DNA from: Trichosphaerium sp. ATCC 40318
Lineage: Eukaryota > Protista > Tubulinea
Assembly: GCA_038496445.1 (NCBI GenBank)
Contig: JALMLS010000299.1
Coordinates: 1-64,000, forward strand
Direction: 5' to 3'
Length of the DNA: 64,000 bases
Below the pieces are notes generated by a model. The model made no database searches and was not told where the DNA came from. It saw only the letters and a list, made by a program, of their open reading frames with translations. Shown in pieces: positions 10,740 through 24,400 of this stretch (its first letter is position 1; the number at the start of each line of letters is the position of its first letter). The translations under genes and the position numbers were made by a program.

Positions 10740-13700
10740 TTACACATTTTCAGCAGCTAAAGAAGCTGAAATTGTATTTGATCTACTCCACGTGTCGTTG
10801 AGTTGGTTCATTACTTGTGCAATCTGGGATCTAAATAATGCAGCGCTATCCATTATCTTATCAATTGCAGCTTCTTTTTGGTTATCCTTCTCGCTTGTTT
10901 CACTACACGCCGTTTTAATTGATATCTCAGTGACTGAAAATACAACTAAAAAAAAACTCAAGTACAACGTACATCTTGGAAACAAGTTCGGAAGGTGCTT
11001 CAGCTTGCTCTACCAAAGCCGATTCTGCGTCATCCGTTACTACCATTTCCTCTAGTTCATGTCGAATGCCAATCATAGATGAGGATATTTTCGGATGTCT
11101 GGCATCAGTAAAGTATGTTACCGTAGCGTTGGATGGCACTCGGCGAATGAGTGTATAAATTATAACACTAAAAAATCTATGCCAAGGAATTTCTTTGTAG
11201 GTTTCTAAAAAAACAGTGGTTAGCAAACGAGTGGCGAGACGGTAAATGGATCACAAGGTGTATTTTTCAAAACCAAAATACATCCTCCTTTTTCTTTTTT
11301 TTTTGCGCTTTGGTTGTGCGTACTTTTCCACATAGTCTCATCAAACAGTTGCATGTCTCGGATTGCATCACTACCAACTTGTTGCTGTAATCTCGTGAAG
11401 AAATCTTGCAAAGAGTCGAAAAGTGTATTGCACTGTTTCCAATTAGGCAGACGCATGTTATCTACCATAGAGATCATTTTTGTGCGATGTTCTTTTGAAT
11501 CCCAATGAGGGTCTAGCCCATCTAGAAATCATTTTAGTGCAAAAGAAGGTGTATTAAAAGAACAGTAACAAACTTAAGAATAAACAAAAGTCGACATACC
11601 AGATTTGCCAACCTCGAACTCTGTAACGGGCCACGACACGCCGTACTTAAATTCACTCTCCTCGAGTATAACGTCACCTCTCATTACCTTGTTTAATGTC
11701 TTAATATATTTACTAGGTAGTAACTCAGGCATGTTGTTATCTGGATCGTCTCTCTTAGCGGTTTGTAGTATCTCATTCAAAGCGCTCTCAGTTTTTTCTT
11801 CCAAAACTTCTGAAAGCTTAAACGCTTGAAGATGAGGTTGTGGAGGAGCTTGTTTTGCGAGCCACTTTAGTACATTCCGAAAAGTTTTATCCAATACTAG
11901 TGCGTATGTGAGGAACAACAAAAGATAAAGAAAGAGTGTACTCTCTGGTTCGTCAAGAGGCATGAATGCTGTGGATACTTTTCCTCTTCTTTGGTCCAGT
12001 TCGTATACTTTCAATGACTTGTAGAGAACTGTTTGTTCATACTTGTTTATCGTTTGTAGTGTTGCTGGCTTTGTATAGTCAACTACAAACAGTACAGGTA
12101 TGTGTCCATTTTCAGGCAGACACTCTTTGAGCGTGGTCATGACTGTATCAGCGGATGAGGGGTCAGTGCTACGATCAAAGTGAGCAAATCAGAAAAAAAG
12201 ACTTCTTGGAGATCGCACGTTTTTCCAATGGAAAATAGTACAGCTGATGTGCCTAACATTTCAGATTGGAGTCTATCTATTGACGCAACCGTCATCTAAT
12301 TACTGTCAGTCATAATAATCCAAAAAAAAAAAAAACCAGAATCCAAAAATAACGCCTTACGCCCGTTTCCAGAAACACAATGGATATGCGTAGTTCACGA
12401 CATTTTCCAATAGTTTGGTCTACTTTACTTGTGTATAGATTCAATGTTTCTAAGACGACATGTGGTCCGCGAGCCTTTGGTTTTTTAAGCTTGGATACAA
12501 TCCATCTGGGAAGCGTTGTCTCCATCTCAGACCAACTAACCCAACAGTTAAACAAAAAAAATTGGGCGAGACTAATAAAGTGGCAAGCAATAATACGTAC
12601 GGTGTACCAACCACAAGTAATTTAAAGTATATAACCTCTTCAAAAGGATTAGTTTTAGCCAATGGACCGTGTACTATGTCAGTGAATTCGTCCAGCGTTA
12701 GACTACGCCAATTGTTCATGCTTGCTTTGTAGTTCTAAAATAAGCATTGTCAATTAATTATATTCTTCCCCTTGCAGTACTAAAAATGCGTACTGTGAAG
12801 GTATTCGGTGCCACAGCCTTAATCAAGTCTTTTTTTCTTGGTGATAAGAATGGAACTTTAGATCGTTTTGGTTGTTTGTCATGAACAAATTGTTGTGGTA
12901 GTTTACGCTTGAGAGATCGCTGGAAACCTTGTAGATCATTCGCTCTAAGCAAAACAACATTGTCAATTTTTTCTATTTTGTTTTGAACCAAAAACCTGTA
13001 GAGATACGTACTTTTCGGTTTCTAGCATTGATCGCACTACCCTCAACCATTCGCTGAATCCTCTTCGCTTACGCTTAGTTTGAAACTTGTCTTGCCATGT
13101 ATTTAGATGCATCATTATTTCATCAGAAATCGCTTTTATAGGCTCTTCTTCTTCTTCTGTGTCTTCTGCTGAGCTGTCTTCGCTGGTCTCCTCATCTGAA
13201 GCTAGATAAAGCAATAAGCTTTTTTGACAACTTGTAAGCAACAAGCCAGCTCTTACCTTCCTCTACTTCTGTACTTGATACTGATGATTCTTCACCTTCA
13301 CCTTCTTTATCAGGATCCTGATCGGATACACTACCTTCTGGTGTTGATGTGATGGGGCACAGCAGTGATGACTTCATGCTTGTATCAACATCAAAGTCAT
13401 TTTTCTGTTTATCAAGCTCTTCTTGAGTTTTGAGTGGCTGATGCTGCATTCCGTTAAAGGCACCAAATAGGCCTTTCTCCGGCTGTTGTGGATTATCTTG
13501 TTTAGGCTGCTCTTCTGGTGTAATTGGTTGAGGCTGCATTCCTTGAAAAGCGTCAAATATATTGTTCCTCCTCTCAGTAGATTGTGGTTGCTCTTCTTGA
13601 GTTTTAATCGGTTGAGGCTGCATTCCTTTGAAGGCGTCTTCTAACAAACCAGTTTTGGATTTTTCTTTAGTTTTGATTGGCTGAGGACTCATGCCTTCAA

Positions 13701-16700
13701 AGCCGCTAAACAAACCATTTTTTGGTTCTTCTTTTGTTTTAATTGGCTGGGGACTCATGCTTTCAAAAGCACTGAATAGACCATTCCCTGGTTTGTTGGT
13801 TTTCTCAGGAGTTTGTTGTATGCCTTGGTAAGCATTGGTGAAGTTGTCCAGTTGGATTTGAGGCTTCGGTGGTGTGTCAAACGTATTTTTGAAGTTAAAA
13901 GGTTGAACAGGTTTTTGGGTTCGTTCAACAGTTCGCTGAGGAATGCGTATTGGAATTTCGGCGTTTGTTATATCAAACGGTATCTTCGCTGGTGGCTCTG
14001 CCATACCCTCTTCTTGAAATGTAACTTGAGACATATGCAATGGAGCTACAAACTCTTCTTTAAATCCATAATCACTCGACTTTGTGTCAACACTGTCTTG
14101 CTCTTTAAAAACAAAAGAGTTTATCAGGACGGCGCTCAAAAGGGTTTAAAAAAAAAAAGAGGATGAACTGTACCATAGTCATTAGGTTCTTCAAAGTCCA
14201 CGACTTCCTCTCTTTGATCTACGCTGACTTGTGCACCTATAAGTACGTATTAAATAATAATACATAATACATAAATTTATCTAAAGCGTGTCGTACTTTG
14301 TGTTGTTAAAAGCTGTGGGAGGTCAGTAGGACCTTTATTTACAAACTCGCTTAGAGGCCTACCGCCTCTCTTTTCATCAATCAAGTAGTGTTGACGAAGT
14401 GGTAGATCCGCAGGTGGTTCTAAAGTAGAATTAATAAAACATAGAAATGCCTATATCATTACCTGTAAACATGGTTTCTTTGCCAAAAAATCTAACTCCT
14501 TCATCCGTCATCTCCATCTTACAACTTGCACAAAAATCAGCGGCATCTTCTGCGGTTTCAAAGCACAAAGTGCGCGCAATATCTTCGAAAGAAAATGTTT
14601 GCTACCGGCAGTTAGGAAAAAAGAAACACGTGCATAACGTACACCACCCTTTGTATTTCCTACGCTAATTGATAGTATTTTAAAAGCCTCGACTCTATAC
14701 AATTTAGTGTTAGCAATGGATGCAATGAAAAGGGGCAACAAATACCTAATTTGCCTGATATAACGGAACATAAGGCAAGCCAATAAGTAATCACATTTCT
14801 TTAGCAGTTTGAAGAATAGGCACCAGTTATGGTCGTTGTGTGCCTTCCTCATTGATATGACATGTGCGATGTAGGGGTGCTCAATAAATCGTTGCTCAAG
14901 TTCATCTAACTGCATGATAGAGTTAAGAAAAGAGGAGAACATTATCACCAAAGTGTATACACACCTGAAAATTGAACTCGGCCTTGCCGGCTGTAACAAG
15001 CCGGTAGGCAATAAACTCGGGCTCATGAGGGCAATCAATACCTTCCTTTCGATATGCAGTGTACAGGTTCTTTACATCTGTTTGGTACAACTGGATCATA
15101 TCGTTATTAATCTTTGTATCACAGTTACTTGTATCGTGGCACATTTCATGAGCGAGTATGATATCTGATTGTTAAGGAAGCACATTCAAAAAAAAAAAAA
15201 AAAAAAAAACTTTAAGCTTAAAATGCATTGGGTTAGGATACGAAATCTAGTTGAGCGCTCACAAATATCAAGTCTTTCCCAATTGCTAAAGTGTTGCATT
15301 TCGCAATCTTTTCTCACGCCTCTTACCCTGTCGTACAAGAACGTTTGGATCTGTACAAATGGGTACTCAGTGCTATCTAGAACATCATAGAATAGGTAAT
15401 CGATCGTTTTAACCAGGGCAGGAAGAGTTCTAATGTGTTCAGCATCCACTATTGCAACGTGTTAATTTCACTCCTAGAGCTAAGACACGTGACAAACAAA
15501 AAAAAAAAAACATACCAAAAACTGAGTCGGTAGAACGATAGTATGTTTTGACAGCTCTATCAGGATTAAATTCGGCAGTAATTGGATCCTAAAGAGTGGT
15601 TAAATACTACGGAGGTGCAACTTGTACGCTCCACAAACCTTTTCTAATAGATGTATGCTACTTTGCTCCATTCTGCGCTGCCACTCCAATTCAGATGTCA
15701 TGCCATTGCATAGACCTTTAATATGGCCCGGACTCGTAAGGTCGCGATATTCTCGTTCTGGTACACGCCTGGGGATGCTGCCGGACCTTTGTCTTGTTGT
15801 AACTTTCAGAGAACGCTGCGGGCGAGTTGGCTTATTGAATCGGGAACGCTCTGGGGTTGGCTTATTGAACCGAGCCCGCCTATCTGCAGCACTAGCTGAC
15901 GATAATACATCTTGTGTAAGGGCTCGTTTTGGAGTTTCTGGCCGAGATTTTCTTGTCCTACCGTTACCTGCAGGAGAAAGACGGGACGCGAGGCTCCGCT
16001 TTGGACGAACAGGTTCGCTTTCTTCGACATCTTCATCAACCTCTGTTTGCTGCCTAAACTGACCTGGTACAAATCTCGTTGTTGTTACATCTGTCTCAGC
16101 ATCATCATATTGATTGTCGTCGTATTGGTAGTCATTGCGTTGATTATCGTCGTATTGATTGTCACTATATTCTTCGCCAACATCATCACCATAATCAGTA
16201 TGACGCCCAAATAAATTACCGGTGCTGGTTTGGTAATCGCCTTGCTCGCCTTGCTCTTCATATTGATCTTCTTGCTCTTGATATTGGTTCTGTTCATAAA
16301 CTTCATCTTCGTCTTCTTCATCATCCTCCTGCACGTTACCTCTAGTGGCAAATTTGTTTTCGCTACAAGAAATCATTACTACAGTCATTACGTAATCATT
16401 TAACTGTTACCCAAGTTTTATTGTTTTGTCAGGTCGCAGTGATCTCGAAGCCCATTTTGGCTTAACTTGACAGGAACCTTCAAAGAATGAGGGGGAAAAT
16501 GATAAGTAGTATTTAATGGTACCACCATCCTGTGTTGTAATCTTCTTCAAACCACGCTTGGCCTTTTTTGCGGATTGCTACAACGCTCTTAGCAAACAAA
16601 ACAAAAATAAAACAAAGAAAAGAATAAAAATAAATAAAACTTCCTCTCACCTTCGTATCAAACTGTATAATGGCATGAGAAGCGCCTATTTCTATTGCTT

Positions 16701-18317
16701 CTATCCAACCAAAAGCCTTACAGGCTTGAATAAGCGTATATTTTTGAAGATACTGCTGAGACAATCCTGGCAAAAAAATACTAGTGTTATCAGGGTCATT
16801 GGCTGGATCCTATTTTCTCAAAAAATTAGCAAAATGAGTGCGGTCATTTGACACTTTGTGTCACAATTACCTCATATGTGTGAAGTGGAGGTCTACTCTC
16901 ACGAGTTTGTTGCTGCTGCCGTTTTTGCTGTTGCTGACCACCATAATCATCTTCTTGTTCTTCTGCGATGTCTACATCAAAATTGGAGTCTTTTAATCCC
17001 AGCCTGGCATTTTCGAATTTGCTGTTACCGCGACCACGACGTGAACCAGTTGGAGAAGAATTATTCCTTGACGATTGTGTGCTTTGATCACCAAAAGACT
17101 TGGCGCGACGTGGAGGAAAACCACCTTGGTTCTGAGATGCCTGATTCATCAGGCTTCCGTAGAGTTTCCTTCTTGGATCAACTTTCGGTGATGCAGGCTC
17201 ATTAGCAAATACACTAACTTGCTGTTGTTGATTTTGAGATGTAAATCCGCCTTGATTGTTAAAACCCTGGTTTGATGGAGTATTAAAGCCACCCTGATTG
17301 AAACCTTGATTAGACGATTGATTGTTAAAACCTCCAGTGAAATTGCTCGAGCTTCGCCCAAATGGATCGTTATTATTATTAAAAGCGCCTTGGTTGTTGC
17401 CACCACCTTGAGTAAATCCGTTGTTCGTACGCCCAAAAGGATCTGAGTTATTAAAACCGCTCTGATTGCTTTGGCCAAACGGGTCTGGTGCAGAAGAAAA
17501 ATTGTTTGATCCAGCGTTGCCAAAGGGGCTCTGGTTCGCAAATCCCTGCTGACTAAAGCCGCCTTGGTTGCTTTGAGCGAAATTGTTTTGTTGGTTACCT
17601 CCTGAAGGAAAAGCTTGCTGTCCGAATGGACTTTGATTACTAAAACCTTGATTTGAGTTTTGCCCAAATGGATCATTATTATTGTTGAAAGCGCCTTGGT
17701 TGTTGCCACCACCTTGGTTAAAGCCGCTATTCGTACGCCCAAAAGGATCTGAGTTATTGAAACCGCTCTGATTGCTTTGTTGACCAAACGGATCATTTGT
17801 ACGCCCGAATGGATCAGATGATGGAAAAGAGTCTTGAGATATAGGGGTGCTTCTGGTCTTGGTTTTGGTTATACCTATTTTTTGACATGAGTGTCAGATT
17901 GAATAAAATAAAATTTTGTGGAAAACGAAAAAAATAAATTGAATTTAAATGATTAAAAGAACACCAGAACTTTGTTAAAAATTTCCCGTACTCATGGCAT
18001 TAGATTGAGACCGTCCCCTTCCCCTACCACGACCACGACCACGTCCGCGTTTACTTGAGCCTCTGCCTCTTCCTCTTCCTCTGCCTCGTCCTCTACCTCT
18101 GCCACGCGTAGCAGCAGTATTTCTCATTAACGGGTTTGATTTTTGCCCGCCTTGAGTGGTTTGCCTGTTACCTTTGCCTCGACCGCGCCCTCTACCTCGT
18201 TTATCACCATTTCGGCCCTCGAATTTACATTTAGACGCGCCATTACAGCTTTTAAGAGTGTAACCGTACTTTTCGTTGAGACTTCTTGCCGCGTCCTTTT
18301 ACGCTTCCTCTGGGCAT
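10740..18317 (-). CDS. SAC3: SAC3/GANP-family mRNA export factor (multi-exon): N-terminal RG tract and PFG repeats, RRM-like segment, SAC3 domain, long C-terminus
   Basis: IKGLCNGMTSELEWQRR, AVKTYYRS, HIRTLPALVKTIDYL, FLYDRVRGVRKDCEMQ, CPHEPEFIAY match the SAC3_GANP domain; spliced start MPRGSVKGRG at 18317; joining of the 3' exons into one gene is inferred. Confidence 0.85.
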
Positions 18318-18886
18318 CTGGATATCGTTACTACGCGAAATTCGGCAGTAGCAAGGAAAATAAGTTCTCTAGCTTTTACTTTCGACGTTTTGTACACAAA
18401 TTAAACCAAATTGCAGTTGAAATCCTTCTCCATGTAAAATGCCAACAATATTTTAAAAGTGTAGCTGCTTTTGACTTTTGATTTCAAACAAAAAAAAAAA
18501 AAAAACCAAACAACAAATCATAGCGCTAAAACGATCATTTTTATATTAGTACGTTAATTCCACTAAGCCCCGCATTGCCAGTATTGAATTCCCACATAGG
18601 TACAACGGCCGCAAACCCACGTGGTGCTTTTGAACTTACATTAGCGGTCTCAAAAGTGAAAAACAGTGCACAACGATTTCAAAAGTTGTAGTCTGCGCGA
18701 AAAAATTTCATCAACGTTTTTTTTTTTTGAAATTTCTTTTCTGTTTACTACACTATCGCAACGAAAATAAATAAAGAGCCAAGAGTTAAAGTAACGCAAC
18801 GCATTGTGCGACATCTTTGTTGTAATTACATGGCGTTAGGTGCCTTTAAAAACGGTGTTTTCTGGTTAACATTAAAAACTTTTTAT

Positions 18887-19544
18887 CTACCAGTCATCAT
18901 CGTCGTCAGAGCCACCGAAGAGACCACCACCGCCGAGGTCTGCTTCAGATTCTTCTTCTTCTTCCTCTTCTGGTTCTGGTTCAGCAGCAGCTTCGCCGCC
19001 AGTAGCAGATGCAGCTGCAGCGCTGCCACCACCACCACCGGATGTGACTACGAGTTTGGCTGAACCCTCTTTAATAATTTCGTTGATGTCCTTTCCTTTC
19101 AATTCTTTGAGAAGTTGTTGGATCTTTGCGGAATCAGCTACATTTAAGTTCATTAGCGTCTTGTTTTGTGGTTTTAATTCAAAAAACGACTCTTTGCTCA
19201 GGAGTTTGTTTTTTTTTTTTTTTCATTTCGATTTTTTTTTTTCTCTTTACATACCTTCTCCGCCAATAGAGCTGAGAATAGCTTTGATAGCAGCCTCATC
19301 TGGATCGTTGTTTCCACCTGTACAGTAATTGTAAATAACTTGAGGTTGTGTGTTCAAAAAACAGAGGAAGAAAAACTTTAGATAAGGTTAAACAAATGGT
19401 TTATGCGTTCACAATAGCGAACGAAAGCAGTTACAGCGTCGAAATAGTTAAAATGTTTCAATAATACTCAATTATGCTCTATATAAGTACGTGCAAAGCG
19501 TACGTACCGAGGATAGCTAGAAGGTATGCGGCAAGATGTTTCAT
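18887..19544 (-). CDS. RPLP2: 60S acidic ribosomal protein P2 (3 exons)
   Basis: MKHLAAYLLAILG/GNNDPDEAAIKAILSSIGGE/ADSAKIQQLLKELKGKDINEIIKEGSAKL, Ala/Gly hinge and acidic tail. Confidence 0.95.
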
Positions 19545-19737
19545 AGTAGCGATAAAGATAAGTCTTTAACACAGTTATTGACCAAAAAACAATATTTTGC
19601 GAGGGAAAGTCGCTGTCATGACTCGCGCGTGAAATTCGCAGACCTTTTTTTGCTCTCACAACAAAAAAAAAAATCTGCGCCCAGAAAAACAAGAAGTAAA
19701 AGCCCGTTGGTTGTTTTGGTTTATAAATTTACGAAAC

Positions 19738-20730
19738 ATGTCGACTACGCTCCACGAAACAACTTTAGACGAAGCCGTTTGGACTACAATCGTATGCGCC
19801 TTTCCCCTGTTTTCTGCTTGGTTAACGTTGCTTTGTAGTGGCGAGACGTCAAACGAATTGGCATTAAATTGTTCCATGTCCTTGTCCCTCGCACTTTTAA
19901 CAACAAATCCCAAGGCGTTGAAGCACTACGTGATTGTACGTTCCTTTGAAGCAACACCTTGGCGTCCAATGAATTATTTATGATTACACCCTTTTCGCCA
20001 ATTTACACTATCTACAATTTACATTTTTAAGGGGATCTGTGGGGACCACTCTTATTTTGCCTTCTAACGGCAATGTACGCTTATTTTTAAAAAACCGAAA
20101 AAAAAAAATGTCACGCTGATGAGATCTTTAGACTTCTTTACGCTGGTGCACCAAGCACACAGGATGAAAAACAGAAACAAGCAATATTCGCTGCGGTATT
20201 TGTTATTGTGTGGGTTGGCGCTGTAATAGTAACACTAAACTGTATGCTACTGGGTGGCAACATGTACGGTGCTATTTTCATAATTTATTTTTCGTTTTTG
20301 TTTTTTTTTTTTTTTTGCTCATTTTTGTCGCCATAGATCGTTCTTTCAAAGTATATGCCTGCTGGGTTATTGTGTATTTCCCCTGCTGTGTGCTGCGTTC
20401 CTTTGCAGGTTTATTCCTAACAAGAGTGTCATTCTCATGATTGTTCACGTTATAATTGTTGCGTTGGCTGTGATATGGTCTACTGTTGCGTCTGTCGGTT
20501 TTATCGCTGGTATGGTACCAGGACAAAGAAAGGTTCGTGTGATGCTAGTGCTTATGATTTGGTCCATAATCTTATGTTTGTCCTAGTTCCTCGCTACCTA
20601 CCCTGTATGGTTATTTTACGTTGGCTTGGGTTGGATGATCCTGATGAACTTTTCAAGTCAAGCGTCCAAGCCAACTACCGCTCCAACTGTGGCGCCACCT
20701 GTAACTCCCGTAATGCCTGTGAGTTTCTAA
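19738..20730 (+). CDS. YIPF6: Yip1-domain Golgi protein (YIPF6/YIP4-like), multi-exon
   Basis: TTLDEAVWTTI, LRDWDLWGPLLFCL, VWVGAVIVTLNCMLLGG, SFFQSICLLGYCVFPL, RKFLATYPVWLFY; last exon uncertain. Confidence 0.9.
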
Positions 20731-21440
20731 CGTGCTACAAAGGCAAAAAAAAAAAAAGCAACGTTTTTACCGACACTGTACAGAGTAAATATTTTGACAC
20801 TCGTCTTATTATTTGTGTTTTGTTGTTGTACAAGTGGGGGGCAGATATTGAAAAGAGAAAGTATCCCAACAGCTAGTGGTACGATCTTAGTTCAGAAAAA
20901 GTCTAAAATGTTTTTTAGCTGAAACATAAAAAAAAGTTTTGGTTTACCAGCTGTGACATTATTTTTTTCGGTTTTAGCCGAAAGTAGTAGCACCACCAAC
21001 ATCGCGTGATGGCACAGGACAGGTATGGGGTGGTCAACATCTATAGTACGCAGATTCGCTAATTGTGCCAAAATTAACCCATGAAAAAGAGATCAGAGCG
21101 ACCCTAATTCGTCCCGCGAAGCCGTACTACGTGTTGTACTATGAAAATATCTCTATTGATTCAAGCAACGAAGATAAGCAAAAGAACGCTACCACGGACT
21201 GGAACGGTAGAAAAATACAACTGTACGGGCTACAAAATTAAAAAAAAACCGATCGTTTCATAACACAACAATTTAGGGAGTTGAGTGATGCTACAGCTAA
21301 AAGCTGTTTTTATATACGCATCTTTGACAAGGCCGCTGGCAGATTCGGTAAAGACAAGCTGATTGCTGAGGCATCTGTTTCTTTTGACGAGTACGTATTT
21401 TTTTCTTTTTGAAATAGTGTCATCTCCTTGCGGTTTACCA

Positions 21441-24400
21441 ATGGGTAGGGTACTTAAAAAGCATTGGCGATCAACTGACAAGAAAGTCGAAAAAGCGAAT
21501 GCTTGTGTAGTTGACTTGAGCGTAAAGGATCAACACAAGGGAAAGGTTTACTTGTTCCTTGAGGCATCGGGTAAGTTTTAGCAGATAAAAAATTTAAGTT
21601 ATTTCTGTTAACGTTTGTATTAGGTTGGAAGCCAATTCTGAGGATGTTACGCGATTCAAATGAGCTCACCACTGCATTTGATAACCTGACACGTCTAAGT
21701 AAAACAAAGAAGATAATGTCGTACATAAAACCAGAGCTACTGAATGAGCTTTCCATGATTTTAATAGAACTACTACCAACAGCGAAAGGTGTCACGTGCG
21801 TTTTGTTGCTTTTCTTTTGCTGACAATTAAAAAGAGATTAATTAAATGTTTAGCTTTGCTGATCAAAAAAGAGCTTCACGAAAGGGAAAGCCGACAACTC
21901 AAAAAGGAATTGATAAGCAAGTTAAACAAATCCTTGATTTATTTCAAACTCTGGTGGATATGGGTATGGTTTGGTGTTGATGTTAACCTCTCCTTTTTTT
22001 TTTTTTTTTTGTTATTTTAAACGCTTGTTAATCCAGGATGTAGATATTAGTAAGCGTAAGCACTTGGTCGCAGCTGGTTTCTTCACTATCGCTCGCCATC
22101 ACTTAAAAAAGAGCCCTCCAGATGTACAACTTCATTTTCTTGAATATTTGAAAGCATTCTTTGCCAGCGGTAAGTTTCAGTCAATATCTCACTATAGGTT
22201 CTTTTTTGTGGTCGCTAATAGTATTATAGCTGCGCACCAAAATCAGATGGTAAACGAAGGAATGCTACAAACGTTAATCAACCTCATTAAACAAACAAAA
22301 TCTAACGACTTGGTTGTAAAAGCGTTTCACATTCTTATGTATTTTGACGAGACTCATCAAGCTGCACTCCTCGAGCATGGCATATTGCGTATACTTTCTA
22401 AACTTATCAGCAAAGGGAACAATTCAATTAAATCAAAAGCCTTGGAGTTAACTAAGTTCTTTGACGTAAAATATCAAGATCAGATTCTTGAATCAGGAAT
22501 CATTAAACAGGTGCGAGATTTATTTTTTTTTTGTTACAGTATTTGTTGACAAAATATTTTGTAAGTTATTGGAACTCATTGCTGTGGACGGAGAAAAAGA
22601 AGTTATACACAACATGGTACTGCGTGCTTTATCAGTTGTATCATACTTTGATGGTTAGTATCACCTGTAGAAGGAATCTCTCAACTAATTTTGTTGCCTC
22701 AGAGTCGCATCAAAAATTGCTTGTGGATGAAGGAATTATCGGACCTCTTATTGGTCTGCTCAAGGTAGATAATAAACGTATTCAGTTGACCACAATGAAC
22801 ATTTTGGAAAAGTTTTACAGTACGTAAAAGAATATCCTCGTCTTCAAAAGACTTTGTTTTAACGCTCTACTACTAGTAAATTTTTCAAGACAATTATCAA
22901 AACAAGGTGTATATGGAGCATTAGTAGAGTTATTGTATGCAAATTCCGATGAAATTAAAAAAGCAGCGCAAGAGAAAATAGTTGCTCTGAAAGGTATTTT
23001 GTGTTTGTTTTTTTTTTTTTTTTTGGTGAGCACTGTGGGTACTGACTGGGCTTTTAGTAAAACAAAAACGGTTTACGAAAGCAGGATTAGTGAAGGCTAT
23101 AAAGACTTTGCTTGAAAGCGACGATGAGAATGTCCGTTTTCTTGGTTTTAATCTCATTGAAGAACTTAAGAGTAAGTTTAAAAATTGCAAGTGGCATTGG
23201 ATTAACTTTGCTGTGCAGTTAGCAACGATGCTTTGGCGAAAGCTGGTGTATTGACAGCATTGATAAATAGCCTCACAGATAAGTCACGTCGTGACTTGCA
23301 AGGAATGGGATTGGATATGTTGTTGTTTCTACAAGGTAGGTTAAAAATTACCTAATTCCAAGCTAACAATGCCACAGACGACTATCGTAGAGAAGCAGTT
23401 AATGATAATATTATTGAAAAGTTGCGCGATATTCTAATGGATCCTTGTGCGTGACATTACTGGTTCTATTGTGTTGTGGTATTGACATGGTGTAGTGGCT
23501 TTTGAGCGCACAAAGCAAAAGGTGTTAACGATCCTCGAAACTTATTTAGGTACGATAAAAAAGATTGTTTCTGTTAGAAACACTTGCCTAATTGCTTCTT
23601 TAAAAGATGACTGTGAACCATCTCTCATTGAACAGGGAATTGTTGAACTGTTGATTGATGTGGCTTCTTGTGATAACAAAGAAAAAGTAGAAGAGGCAAT
23701 TGCTGATCTTGTAAAGAAAGAAAAGGAAGAAGACGAAGAAGAAGAACGTAAAAGAAAGGAAAATGAACTAGATACTAAACAAGAAGATAAACCAGCTGAG
23801 AAAAAACCTGAGGAGAAAAAACCAGCTCCGGATCTTACACCTCAGTTTCAAATTGAAGTTTTGTGGGAATGGAAAGATGATGGTGGTAACAAATGGGTAC
23901 CTTATGATAACCCAACCAACGCAGTTATCAATGCAGCTTATGCTACTAATGCGAGTGGAAAAGCTATACTCTCCCATGGATTCTTTGGATCGTCTGGAGG
24001 TTACACTATTCACTTCAGTACAATGAAACAAGAAAAGAACAAAACAAAATATAAACGTGATGTTCGTAAAATAGAAAAAAAGGTAACCGCCCTCTCTTTT
24101 TTTTTTTTTTATGGTGAGGTTGTGATATTTACGTTTTTATTAGATCCCTATCGCCAGTATCACATCTTTATTAAGTGGCTTGGAAAAGTCTCAAAGTGGA
24201 AATGTAACTAAGGAAGCAGTAAAAGAAGCAGAGCCAGTAAAGGTTGTTGAGGCGCCAAAACCTAAGCGAGGAAGTGAACTGTTACGGGAACAAATTGGTG
24301 ACACTATGGCCACTAGAATAGCTTGTTTAGATTTACTGCACAATAGTATTAGCGGTACTCTTATCACATTTTTGTTGTTGTCATGAACTTTGATCTTATT

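Noticed and set aside
17149-17796. 215-aa ORF in the track as a separate protein
   Set aside because: Alternate-frame shadow of the PFG-repeat exon of SAC3
20620-20676. snoRNA-like hairpin GTTGGCTTGG...TGATGA...CCAAGCCAAC
   Set aside because: It lies inside the YIPF6 coding exon (VGLGWMILMNFSSQASKP) and has no properly placed box D
20940-21400. Small gene or ncRNA between YIPF6 and the ARM/WWE gene
   Set aside because: No convincing ORF, splice chain or RNA family motif could be established
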